Of a stretch of 13,696 nucleotides of DNA, positions 6,348-13,696 are shown one piece after another; within the stretch, counting starts at the first letter, position 1; each line of letters begins with the position of its first letter. The stretch lies in contig JBHLMI010000041.1 of assembly GCA_048938295.1 (NCBI GenBank), positions 1-13,696 on the forward strand, in the 5' to 3' direction. The stretch is from Promethearchaeota archaeon (lineage in GTDB: Archaea > Asgardarchaeota > Hermodarchaeia > Hermodarchaeales > Hermodarchaeaceae). The notes beneath the pieces were generated by a model. The model searched no databases, was not told where the DNA came from, and saw nothing but the letters and a program-made list of their open reading frames with translations. The translations under genes were made by a program, and so were the position numbers.

Positions 6348-7133
6348 TCAAACTGGTTTACGTCGTTGGCAGACCCCGATCTGAAACTTCGTATGAACTA
6401 CAAATCCCAATCGCTCATAAATGCAGAGGGCACCACGATTAGTTGAGTCCACCATGAGCGTCACATATTGATAATTTTTGAATAATTCTTGAATAACGGC
6501 ACAAAGTACACTGGTTCCATAACCCCGATTCTGATAAGCCGGCAGAGTAACAAGGTTTCCGATTACAGCGACACCTGGATTAGCACGGTACACACCGATA
6601 GTGCCACAAATTGATACCAGCTTATTTTCTTGACGGATCCCATAGAAGGGTCCGATGGCGAGTTGGGCAGGGTTCCAAGCTCCAGCTGTGGAAATTGAAT
6701 AGAAATTGTCGATCTCCGGTAAGTCTGTTGAGGACAGGCGAATGGTTTCATGGAGTTGGGGCATTTTACAGCGTGATTCTTCAAGATTCATTAGTAGGAA
6801 GGTACCTTCGGAGAGAAACTGGTAGTGTTTTACAACGATAGGTCGGTGCTCTTGCGGTATTATCGCAAAGATTGAAGGATAGGGCATAAATGTGACGAGT
6901 TTTTCTACAGCTGTTGAACTGCCGCGAGTAAAGAAGCTGTTCATCCCTCGACTGCCAGTGTAGACGATAAGGCACCCTAGTAAGTGGTTGTTCCTTTGTG
7001 CGATAAACCATTCACTCGAATCCCATGCTAAGGTTAGATCATATAAGGGCAATCCATTGAGGGGGATATCTTGTCGAAGGTAGTTTTCCACCTCTTTGAG
7101 AGGAGCTGTGAGTTGGTGTACTTTGATGGTCAT
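6348..7133 (-). CDS. GNAT-family N-acetyltransferase (FR47-like C-terminal domain plus N-terminal domain)
   Basis: Acetyl-CoA-binding motif A IGNLVTLPAYQNRGYGTSV, and NRGALCIYERLGF. Confidence 0.9.
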   Translation of the reverse strand: MTIKVHQLTAPLKEVENYLRQDIPLNGLPLYDLTLAWDSSEWFIAQRNNHLLGCLIVYTGSRGMNSFFTRGSSTAVEKLVTFMPYPSIFAIIPQEHRPIVVKHYQFLSEGTFLLMNLEESRCKMPQLHETIRLSSTDLPEIDNFYSISTAGAWNPAQLAIGPFYGIRQENKLVSICGTIGVYRANPGVAVIGNLVTLPAYQNRGYGTSVLCAVIQELFKNYQYVTLMVDSTNRGALCIYERLGFVVHTKFQIGVCQRRKPV

Positions 7134-7193
7134 GAATAGTCACACTCAGTCCTTGACGATTTATGCTCCATGGGATTCTGTGGGTTAACAGGG

Positions 7194-7841
7194 CTAGTCG
7201 AGGACGAACTCACTATCTTTCGTTAGGACAACGACTCGGATGTTAGAATTTCTTTCTACTTTCTCCTTGAATTCGGAGACATCCTTATCCCATGTATGCA
7301 TGGGGATGGCAACTTTGGGATTGATGGCGAGAGCAGCGTCTGCGCCATCACTGGTTTCCATTGTATAGGTACCTCCTACGGGAAGCAGCGCAACATCGAT
7401 TGGTCCGAGCTCCTTCATTTCGGAGATGAAGTCGGTGTCACCAGCATGATAGATGGATTTCCCTTCCACGGTTATGATATAACCGACACCAAGACCCTTC
7501 GGATGATATGGATTTCCGGGGGAGCGAAACCGTGTTTCGTTATAGGCTTCGACTGCTCGAATGCAGATATCATCAATGATTTTCTCTTCACCGGGTTTTA
7601 GGGTATGCACCGTGCCCCCGATTTTCGCATGACAATCGGTGGGGGCAATGACAACTGTATCGGTTCCACGGACACTCTTGATTTTTGCTGGATCACAGTG
7701 ATCATAATGGGAATGAGTTGAAAGGATGATATCGGCTTGTTCTTTGGGGTGGACACCCTTTTCCAGGTCGATGTAGATGATTTTAGCATCAGTTTTGATT
7801 TGGAAGCTAGAGTGAGCTAGGAATTTGATGGTAACGGTCAA
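7194..7841 (-). CDS. Metallo-beta-lactamase-fold hydrolase (UPF0173/Lactamase_B_3-like); start TTG 7841 or GTG 7850
   Basis: AHSSF, IYID, metal motif THSHYDHCD, YHAGDT, PVGGTYTM and PMH. GTGA just upstream of TTG 7841 could serve as SD; TATA-like TTTTAATA at 7882-7875. Confidence 0.9.
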   Translation of the reverse strand: MTVTIKFLAHSSFQIKTDAKIIYIDLEKGVHPKEQADIILSTHSHYDHCDPAKIKSVRGTDTVVIAPTDCHAKIGGTVHTLKPGEEKIIDDICIRAVEAYNETRFRSPGNPYHPKGLGVGYIITVEGKSIYHAGDTDFISEMKELGPIDVALLPVGGTYTMETSDGADAALAINPKVAIPMHTWDKDVSEFKEKVERNSNIRVVVLTKDSEFVLD

Positions 7842-7992
7842 TTCAATCACTGAAAATATAGGAGCACGTGGAACTATTAAAATCCTGATTAATGTTTGTC
7901 GTCTAGTTAGTGGTATGCCTTTTTATGCTCGAATTTATTTCATACCAAGCCAACAAAGTTACGTTTTGAATCGTATTGGAAGTTGTTCTGAA

Positions 7993-8559
7993 ATGCCTAA
8001 AGGTCCAGAGAAAGTTACGGTCCCCTTGGATCAATCCTTGTATATGCTGCACCCATATAATGCAGCCCTCGTATCGACAAAAACAAAAGATGGTCAAAAC
8101 AATGTGTTGACGATTGCCTGGATAATACCGACAAGCATAGATCCACCGCTGTTGACCCTAAGTATCCGGAAGGGTCGCTTCTCGTACAAGGCCATTCAAG
8201 AAACAGGTGAGTTCGTGGTGAACATTCCCACTTTTGACATGGCTGAAAAAGTCATCAAAGCTGGGCGTATGACAGGGAAGGAGATCGATAAATTCGCGGA
8301 ACTTGACCTGACTGCGCGAAAGGCGAAGATGGTGAACGCTCCGTTAATCGAAGAATGCGTCGCTCATCTTGAGTGTAAGCTCTGGAAGACGTTTGAGGCC
8401 GGTGACCATGATCTCATTGTTGGTGAAATCATGGCTGCTGAAGTTGTAGAAGGGTATTTCTCCAAGACTTGGGATATCACGAAGTTCCGTCCCTGTCAGC
8501 ATACCGGAAAACAATTCTTCACGACTTGCAGCCTTGAAGCTGTTGAGATTAAGTTCTAA
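7993..8559 (+). CDS. Flavin reductase family protein (DIM6/NTAB, COG1853); start reassigned to ATG 7993 (188 aa)
   Basis: NVLTIAW, PPLLTLSI, GEFVVNIP, PLIEECVAHLECK and AGDHDLIVGEI. The N-terminal 56 codons of the track ORF overlap the divergent gene and its promoter and look non-coding. Confidence 0.9.
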   Translation: MPKGPEKVTVPLDQSLYMLHPYNAALVSTKTKDGQNNVLTIAWIIPTSIDPPLLTLSIRKGRFSYKAIQETGEFVVNIPTFDMAEKVIKAGRMTGKEIDKFAELDLTARKAKMVNAPLIEECVAHLECKLWKTFEAGDHDLIVGEIMAAEVVEGYFSKTWDITKFRPCQHTGKQFFTTCSLEAVEIKF

Positions 8560-8627
8560 TACAACTTGTCCTGCATTGACCTGTGGTTCTTTCTCATAAG
8601 AACGCGTATTGGTAGGTTAGCGGTTTC

Positions 8628-8924
8628 ATGAGTGAAAAGAAGGAGCCAAAAACAGTTAGTCATAAATCACGCTGCTATGCGAGTCTGATTTTTCTCATCG
8701 CGTTTGCTATAATTGCGATTACTTGGTTGATTCTTGTAGCTCCTAATCTGCAACCGAATCAAAACCTGATCTCCCTTCTAATCATTTTCTTGGTGCTGGG
8801 AGGGCTTGCGGTTCTCCCATGGCTGCCCATATTATTTCCTCGTGAACCTCCAGGAGAATCTCCTTTAAGGGTCTCTAAGCATATACTATGGCTAAGAATA
8901 GTCAAAAAGAAGGGAAATCCATGA
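8628..8924 (+). CDS. Hypothetical 98-aa membrane protein with two TM helices
   Basis: Two hydrophobic stretches (SLIFLIAFAIIAITWLILVA and LISLLIIFLVLGGLAVLPWLPILF) with basic termini. Its TGA overlaps the next ATG (ATGA, 8921-8924). Confidence 0.7.
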   Translation: MSEKKEPKTVSHKSRCYASLIFLIAFAIIAITWLILVAPNLQPNQNLISLLIIFLVLGGLAVLPWLPILFPREPPGESPLRVSKHILWLRIVKKKGNP

Positions 8925-9622
8925 GAGTTTTCGTAGTGAATGGTAGTCCTCGGATGGAAAAAGGGAATACAGCAAAAATTCTGGAACCGTTTCTTGAAGG
9001 CATGAAGGACGCTGGGGCGAAAATAGAGCTAGTCTATTCCAAGCGGATGAAGATCAATCCCTGTATTGGCGACTTCCAATGCTGGTTTAAGAAAGTCGGG
9101 GAATGTATCTATAATGATGATATGCAAAACGTCTATTCAAGGTTGCGTTCAGCAGACATTCTAGTTTTAGCAACACCTGTGTTCATTCCACTCCCAGGCG
9201 AAATGCAGAATTTCATAAACCGACTCTGTCCAATCGTTGAACCTCTGCTTCGTCTTGTAAATGGACGCACTCGAGCCCATTTCCATGAAGATGTCAAGTT
9301 GTCAAAGATTGTATTAGTTTCTTCCAGTGGATGGTGGGAACTTGGTAATTTTGATACCGTTATCCGCATTGTCGAAGAAATCGCGTTAAATACCAATGTT
9401 GAATTTGTTGGGGCACTCTTGCGGCCACATGCTAGCCTACTCACTGAGTATCCCGAAAAGGCTGCCCAAGTGTTCACTGCTGCAAGACAGGCTGGTCAGC
9501 AACTGATTACGAACGGAAAAATTTCTGAAGCGACACTACAGGCTATTAGTCAGCCATTAATCACTGAAGAGGAGTATCGTATCAGCTCCAACAAATCCTA
9601 TCTACGAGTAAAAGAAATCTAA
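8921..9622 (+). CDS. Flavodoxin-fold FMN protein, iron-sulfur flavoprotein (Isf)/NADPH-dependent FMN reductase family; start ATG 8921 (233 aa)
   Basis: FMN phosphate loop NGSPRMEKGNT, Cys cluster CIGDFQCW...GECIYNDDM, ADILVLATPVF and MQNFINR. Confidence 0.9.
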   Translation: MRVFVVNGSPRMEKGNTAKILEPFLEGMKDAGAKIELVYSKRMKINPCIGDFQCWFKKVGECIYNDDMQNVYSRLRSADILVLATPVFIPLPGEMQNFINRLCPIVEPLLRLVNGRTRAHFHEDVKLSKIVLVSSSGWWELGNFDTVIRIVEEIALNTNVEFVGALLRPHASLLTEYPEKAAQVFTAARQAGQQLITNGKISEATLQAISQPLITEEEYRISSNKSYLRVKEI

Positions 9623-9639
9623 GAATTAGTGTCGCTGTA

Positions 9640-10113
9640 CTAATTCGAATCTAACACGGCTAAATCCTTTTTAACTTCCTTAAGGGCTGCTTCTAACCGA
9701 TTCTTAATCTGAACCAGGAACTGCCGGCGTTCTTCAGGCTTCAAATGCTCTAAAAAGATCCTGGGCATCCGTGGGAAAGGATGTTCTGATGCGGCCTGCA
9801 TCATCCGTGAAAACACGTGAGCTAATTGACTAAGTTGTTCATCCAGATGGGTCTTCCCTTCCTCAGTGATAGAGTAAATGGTTCGTTCCACTTCCCCCTT
9901 GAAGTCCTTTTCACTCGTGATAAAACCTTGCTCTTCGAGGGTACTAAGTGTATTGTACAGTAAAGAATGGGATGGCACCCAGGTGCCGTTCGTATCTTCT
10001 TCGATTTGTTTCATGAGCTGATAGCCATGCATAGATTCGTCTATGAGCATCCGAAGGATTGATATGCGGAGCAGGACTCCTTTCGGACGTTGGAAGAAGG
10101 GTGTAAATGCCAT
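9640..10113 (-). CDS. PadR-family transcriptional regulator
   Basis: MHGYQLMKQIEE, WVPSHSLLYNTLSTLEEQGFI, RTIYSITEEG and a C-terminal helical extension. Confidence 0.93.
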   Translation of the reverse strand: MAFTPFFQRPKGVLLRISILRMLIDESMHGYQLMKQIEEDTNGTWVPSHSLLYNTLSTLEEQGFITSEKDFKGEVERTIYSITEEGKTHLDEQLSQLAHVFSRMMQAASEHPFPRMPRIFLEHLKPEERRQFLVQIKNRLEAALKEVKKDLAVLDSN

Positions 10114-10129
10114 AAGGATTAATGAAATA

Positions 10130-10144
10130 CGAAAGCTTATATGT
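10130..10144. promoter_or_regulatory. BRE/TATA element, possibly serving both divergent genes
   Basis: Plus strand CGAAAGCTTATATGT is a good archaeal BRE-TATA. The minus strand reads CATATAAG about 25 nt upstream of the padR ATG. Confidence 0.55.
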
Positions 10145-10217
10145 GTTTGTTAATTTCATGTCTTTAAGAGTCATATGTGATTTTGACTCACCCTTGTGCT
10201 TCCAACTGGTGATTTCA

Positions 10218-10994
10218 ATGACCCAACCCCAATCAATAGAGCCCGATGAAGCAATTACGCCCTTATTCGATTATCAATCTCAGGTCTATAAGCACATCAT
10301 CGAAGCCCAGAACCTAGAACGAACCTACCAAATGGGAACCGTATCCGTTCGAGCCGTTCGAGGCGTGAACCTACAAGTCCCTCAAGGTGAATTCTTGACA
10401 ATTCTCGGTGTATCTGGAAGTGGCAAATCCACACTTTTACATTTACTCGGTGCACTTGACCAACCCACCGCAGGAAAGGTCTTCATTGAAGGACTCGACC
10501 TCTCCACACTCAGCCATAATCAACTCGCTGATGTTCGATTACGGCGTGTAGGTTTCGTTTTCCAATTCTTTAATTTGATGCCCCAGCTAACAGCCCAGGC
10601 GAACGTTGAGTTGCCCCTGAAATTCTCTGAAGTACCTACATCGAATGCTCACAGACGTGCTCAAGAACTCTTAGAAAGAGTTGGATTAGGAGATCGGCGC
10701 CACCACATTCCAGCTGAACTGAGTGGTGGTGAACAGCAAAGAGTGGCGATTGCTCGGGCGTTGGCCAATAACCCGAGGATTATCCTAGCTGATGAGCCAA
10801 CTGGAAACCTAGATACTAAAACCGGTGCCGAAATCATCCATCTACTGCGTAATCTCAACCAAACGCAAGGACTTACTTTCATTGTTGTTGGTCATGACAC
10901 TCGGATCACTACAGTGGCTGATAGGGTCATTGAGATGCGCGATGGAGAATTCGTCGCTGAACGAGCAGGAGGAGGACAGGTGACCGTCCAATGA
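10218..10994 (+). CDS. ABC ATP-binding protein, LolD/MacB (MJ0796-like) type; start reassigned to ATG 10218 (258 aa)
   Basis: GGTGA SD at 10208-10212; Walker [46 protein letters not shown] and GHD. Confidence 0.95.
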   Translation: MTQPQSIEPDEAITPLFDYQSQVYKHIIEAQNLERTYQMGTVSVRAVRGVNLQVPQGEFLTILGVSGSGKSTLLHLLGALDQPTAGKVFIEGLDLSTLSHNQLADVRLRRVGFVFQFFNLMPQLTAQANVELPLKFSEVPTSNAHRRAQELLERVGLGDRRHHIPAELSGGEQQRVAIARALANNPRIILADEPTGNLDTKTGAEIIHLLRNLNQTQGLTFIVVGHDTRITTVADRVIEMRDGEFVAERAGGGQVTVQ

Positions 10995-12250
10995 AGATGA
11001 GAAGCATTCTCGGTCTAGCTTTCACGAACATGCGCCGCAGAAAAACGCGCACAGCGCTGACCACTCTTGGCATTATAGTCGGAATTATGGCTGTTGTATC
11101 AATTTCTGCTCTCAGTGGTGGTTTTGAAGGTCAAATCACAAAACAACTCACTCAGGGATTAGACACGGATATCCTCACCGTCATTCCTGGTGGTGGCTTA
11201 TTAGGGGGAGGTGGATTAACCTCATTGCAGATTAATGACACCCGACTCATTCAAAACATCACAGGTGTGGAGGCAACGCTAGGTATCTCCCAAACTGGCA
11301 CCACGATTTACAATGAAACTGGGGGAATCCTTGATACTAGACTCATCGGTGTCAACTTCACTGATCTTGAAGCAGTATACGGACATCGACTGACCTTTTC
11401 TAGTGGAGATTGGGATCAATTGGGTTCCAATGACTCCTGTATCGTTGGATATCTCAATGACCCGATTGCTTCAGCAGGTGATAACGTTACAGCTAAAGTG
11501 CTCGTTCGTGTAGGATTCAGTTTCGTCTTTATCAATGTCTCATTTATCGTGGGAGGAGTCTTCGAAGAAGCAGGACAATCAGGGATGCTTCCCCTTGATA
11601 GATCCATCTTCATACCTCTCGAAACGTACCAAGACTTGTTCAACACTGAAACCATCGATAGTATTCTCGTCCGTGTCGCCGATCCACAACAAGCTAATGC
11701 CATCGCTGGTGAAATACAAGATGCCTTCGAAGACCAAGTCCTGGTCATAGTACCGAGTGCTCTTATTGACACGGTATCAGGTATCTTTAATATCATGGAA
11801 ATTTTCTTGCTAGCCATCGCATCTATTGCCCTACTGGTAGCCGGAATCTCGATACTTAATATCATGCTTGTAACTGTAATGGAACGGACCCGAGAAATCG
11901 GAATCATGAAAGCCTTAGGGGCAAAAGACCGCACGATACTTAGTCAATTTCTCTCCGAAGCCGTTTTGTTGGGTGTTCTAGGAGGAGCAATCGGCATTAT
12001 CGTGGGATTAATCCTAGCCTATGGTATGGGACTAATGCTTCCTGTTCTCTTCAGCGGCTTTCAAGGCGGTTTTGGTAATGGCGACTTTGGGTTTAGTGGA
12101 GCCAGTTCTTTCACCCTTGTTCCCGTACTCGCCCCTGAAACGATTCTCATAGCCATGAGCTTTGCTATATTGGTCAGCGTCATCTTCGCGATTTATCCCG
12201 CCCGAAAAGCAGCCAAACTCGATCCAGTCAAAGCCCTTCGATACGAATAG
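10991..12250 (+). CDS. MacB/FtsX-family ABC permease
   Basis: RRRKTRTALTTLGIIVGI, a large extracytoplasmic domain, VMERTREIGIMKALGA, YPARKAAKLDPVKALRYE; ATGA overlap with the ATPase. Confidence 0.95.
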   Translation: MKMRSILGLAFTNMRRRKTRTALTTLGIIVGIMAVVSISALSGGFEGQITKQLTQGLDTDILTVIPGGGLLGGGGLTSLQINDTRLIQNITGVEATLGISQTGTTIYNETGGILDTRLIGVNFTDLEAVYGHRLTFSSGDWDQLGSNDSCIVGYLNDPIASAGDNVTAKVLVRVGFSFVFINVSFIVGGVFEEAGQSGMLPLDRSIFIPLETYQDLFNTETIDSILVRVADPQQANAIAGEIQDAFEDQVLVIVPSALIDTVSGIFNIMEIFLLAIASIALLVAGISILNIMLVTVMERTREIGIMKALGAKDRTILSQFLSEAVLLGVLGGAIGIIVGLILAYGMGLMLPVLFSGFQGGFGNGDFGFSGASSFTLVPVLAPETILIAMSFAILVSVIFAIYPARKAAKLDPVKALRYE

Positions 12251-12300
12251 CTATCAATCTGATTGTTGTGCAAGGCGCGTTTGATAGAAGGAGCTTCGGT

Positions 12301-12316
12301 ATTTTCTTTTTTTCTT
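12301..12316 (+). terminator. Oligo-T tract, candidate archaeal-type terminator of the MacB-type operon
   Basis: ATTTTCTTTTTTTCTT about 50 nt after the permease stop. Confidence 0.45.
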
Positions 12317-12420
12317 GGTTCAGGAGAACTTGTCTAGCGCTTTTATTATAATCACTAAATAGTATTTATAATGATTTAAATATGAGAGGTGGACAGGAAG
12401 CTCCAAGGTTCAGCACCTTG

Positions 12421-13080
12421 ATGTCACCGAGAAAGCTTTCTTCACTCATTGCAGGCACTCGGCGAGTGATCCTCGAGCAGCTGCTCAAAGCTGATGCCAA
12501 TGCAGTCAGCCTCGCAGACGACCTAGACATCAACATTAGCGCCATTCGAGGACATCTAGACATCTTGGAACTCGCTGGACTAATCTCCTCATCCTATGAA
12601 CACGCCAAGCGTGGTCGTCCCAAACGCATCTATTCTTTAACCCCCCTTGCCTACAGCCTGTTTCCAACACAAACGACTCAGATTATCTCTGCACTAATAG
12701 ATGTTATACTCCGATCCTTTGATGAGAGAACAACTAGTTCCCTTATTCGGCAGGTTATCGTGACCCTATGGCAGCAGATTCTCCCAGAGAAACTCAGTGG
12801 AAATCTAATAGATAGATTACGCGAGGTTGTGGAGGCTCTAGATCGTTACGGCTTTTACGCCTCATTAAGTTTGATTGATAATCAGTATGCTATAGTGATT
12901 CGTAATGACGTTTTTCGACCGACGCTAAGTACAATTCCCGCACAACAAGCATCGCTATTTCAAGGCGAATTCTGGAAATACCTTACGCGCTTTGTTAGTG
13001 GAATTCGAGTTCACATCAAAGAAGTATCAGAGCCAGGGAGCCATGGTCTTTGCATTCTCATTGAGGAGAGTAGGAAGTAA
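12421..13080 (+). CDS. Winged-HTH transcriptional regulator (ArsR-like/COG2345) with a C-terminal ligand-binding-like domain; start ATG 12421 or 12382
   Basis: TRRVILEQL, SLADDLDINISAIRGHLDILELAGLI and RGRPKRIYSLT. ATG 12421 is better spaced from the TATA-like TTTATAA (12365-12371). Confidence 0.85.
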   Translation: MSPRKLSSLIAGTRRVILEQLLKADANAVSLADDLDINISAIRGHLDILELAGLISSSYEHAKRGRPKRIYSLTPLAYSLFPTQTTQIISALIDVILRSFDERTTSSLIRQVIVTLWQQILPEKLSGNLIDRLREVVEALDRYGFYASLSLIDNQYAIVIRNDVFRPTLSTIPAQQASLFQGEFWKYLTRFVSGIRVHIKEVSEPGSHGLCILIEESRK

Positions 13081-13085
13081 AAAAC

Positions 13086-13454
13086 ATGTCAATAAGCAAA
13101 GTCAAAAAACCAGTAACAAAGGAAGGGAAAATTAGTGATCGCCTTCTCGAAATCGGGAAGGACTACTTAGCAGGGCAGACCCTATCGGCTTTGACTGAGC
13201 TGTCGAATATGGGCTCTCTTGAATTTCAAGATGCCTTCTATGTTCTTGACAAACTCGGACCCGCCCTAACCCGTAGAGAACAACGTCTCCTCTTGGACCT
13301 GCTTACCGAAGTCGTCGTTCTCAGTCAATGCGATGTTGGAATGGACAAACATCTTCTTCGTGACTACCTGAAAAAACGGATACGGAACAGCAGCACCTTC
13401 GGCGAATTCATCTTCCAAGTCCTCCAACAAATCAACGGACTTTCTCACGCCTGA
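13086..13454 (+). CDS. Hypothetical 122-aa, probably helical protein
   Basis: Starts 5 nt after the regulator stop with AGGA upstream, has protein-like composition, and contains no motif I recognise. Confidence 0.75.
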   Translation: MSISKVKKPVTKEGKISDRLLEIGKDYLAGQTLSALTELSNMGSLEFQDAFYVLDKLGPALTRREQRLLLDLLTEVVVLSQCDVGMDKHLLRDYLKKRIRNSSTFGEFIFQVLQQINGLSHA

Positions 13455-13515
13455 CCTCAACCCTGAAATCCTCACTCGAATAGGTAGACCAGCGGAGAGT
13501 GAAAGATGAAATCAT

Positions 13516-13525
13516 AAGGTTAAAA
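13516..13525 (+). promoter_or_regulatory. Putative BRE/TATA of the radical SAM gene
   Basis: AAGGTTAAAA about 45 nt upstream of ATG 13569. Confidence 0.4.
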
Positions 13526-13568
13526 GAGCATCAAACCGAGCAATAGACACTCATAATGTGGTAGCTGT

Positions 13569-13696
13569 ATGCGATACGAAAAGATACAAGCTAAGACATT
13601 GTTATCCAAACCAATCTATGGTGACGCCTGGTTCCATAGCAACCGATCAATGAACTCCTACCGTGGCTGCGAGCATGGATGTGTATATTGTGATGG
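13569..13696 (+). CDS. Radical SAM protein, SPL/Rv2578c-like; 5' fragment running off the window
   Basis: Not in the ORF track. Hand translation: MRYEKIQAKTLLSKPIYGDAWFHSNRSMNSYRGCEHGCVYCD. CxxxCxxC preceded by N-x-YRG matches the SPL/Rv2578c-like group. Confidence 0.88.
   Translation, partial: MRYEKIQAKTLLSKPIYGDAWFHSNRSMNSYRGCEHGCVYCD

Noticed and set aside
12055-12110. Gly/Phe-rich stretch GFQGGFGNGDFGFSG in the MacB-type permease, resembling FG repeats
   Set aside because: It is a short low-complexity loop between TM helices, where variable insertions are common in this family.
625-13475. Short antisense or alternate-frame ORFs in the track (e.g. 625-852, 990-1175, 1188-1412, 2008-2214, 2477-2728, 4063-4398, 5547-5843, 6260-6442, 6611-6841, 7296-7601, 9133-9477, 11416-11934, 13266-13475)
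   Set aside because: They lie within or across well-supported genes, show no motifs or convincing RBS, and are the expected shadow ORFs. 6260-6442 conflicts with both the SD-supported 6220 peptide and the GNAT.
1-13696. CRISPR array, transposase or integrase, rRNA, in-frame UGA/UAG recoding
   Set aside because: I saw no regularly spaced repeats, no mobile-element proteins, no rRNA signatures and no gene that needs stop-codon readthrough to be complete.

Overview
Gene-dense window, most likely from an archaeal chromosome: intergenic gaps carry BRE/TATA-like motifs (AAGGTTAAT, GAAGGTTTTAAATA, GAAAGCTTATAT), ribosome-binding sites are GGTGA or AGGAGG, and several starts are TTG. The finer lineage cannot be determined from this window. 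I found no rRNA, tRNA, CRISPR array or mobile element. Left part (minus strand): partial uridine phosphorylase, PaaI-type thioesterase, divergent Fpg/Nei DNA glycosylase, alpha/beta hydrolase and a three-gene ABC-2-type exporter. Middle: two small ORFs missed by the ORF track, a GNAT acetyltransferase, an MBL-fold hydrolase, and a flavin reductase / two-TM membrane protein / iron-sulfur-flavoprotein-like cluster. Right: a PadR regulator divergent from a MacB/LolD-type ABC pair, an HTH regulator with a helical hypothetical protein, and the 5' end of an SPL/Rv2578c-like radical SAM gene. The best leads are (1) a 33-aa Lys-rich peptide with a perfect SD and a neighbouring 24-aa Pro/Gly/Tyr peptide between the exporter and the GNAT, (2) a GC-rich, potentially pseudoknotted element at 2090-2188, (3) an Fpg lacking several canonical DNA-contacting residues, and (4) a Cys-to-Asp change in the Fe-S motif of the flavoprotein. 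All family assignments are from motif recognition by eye, not database searches.
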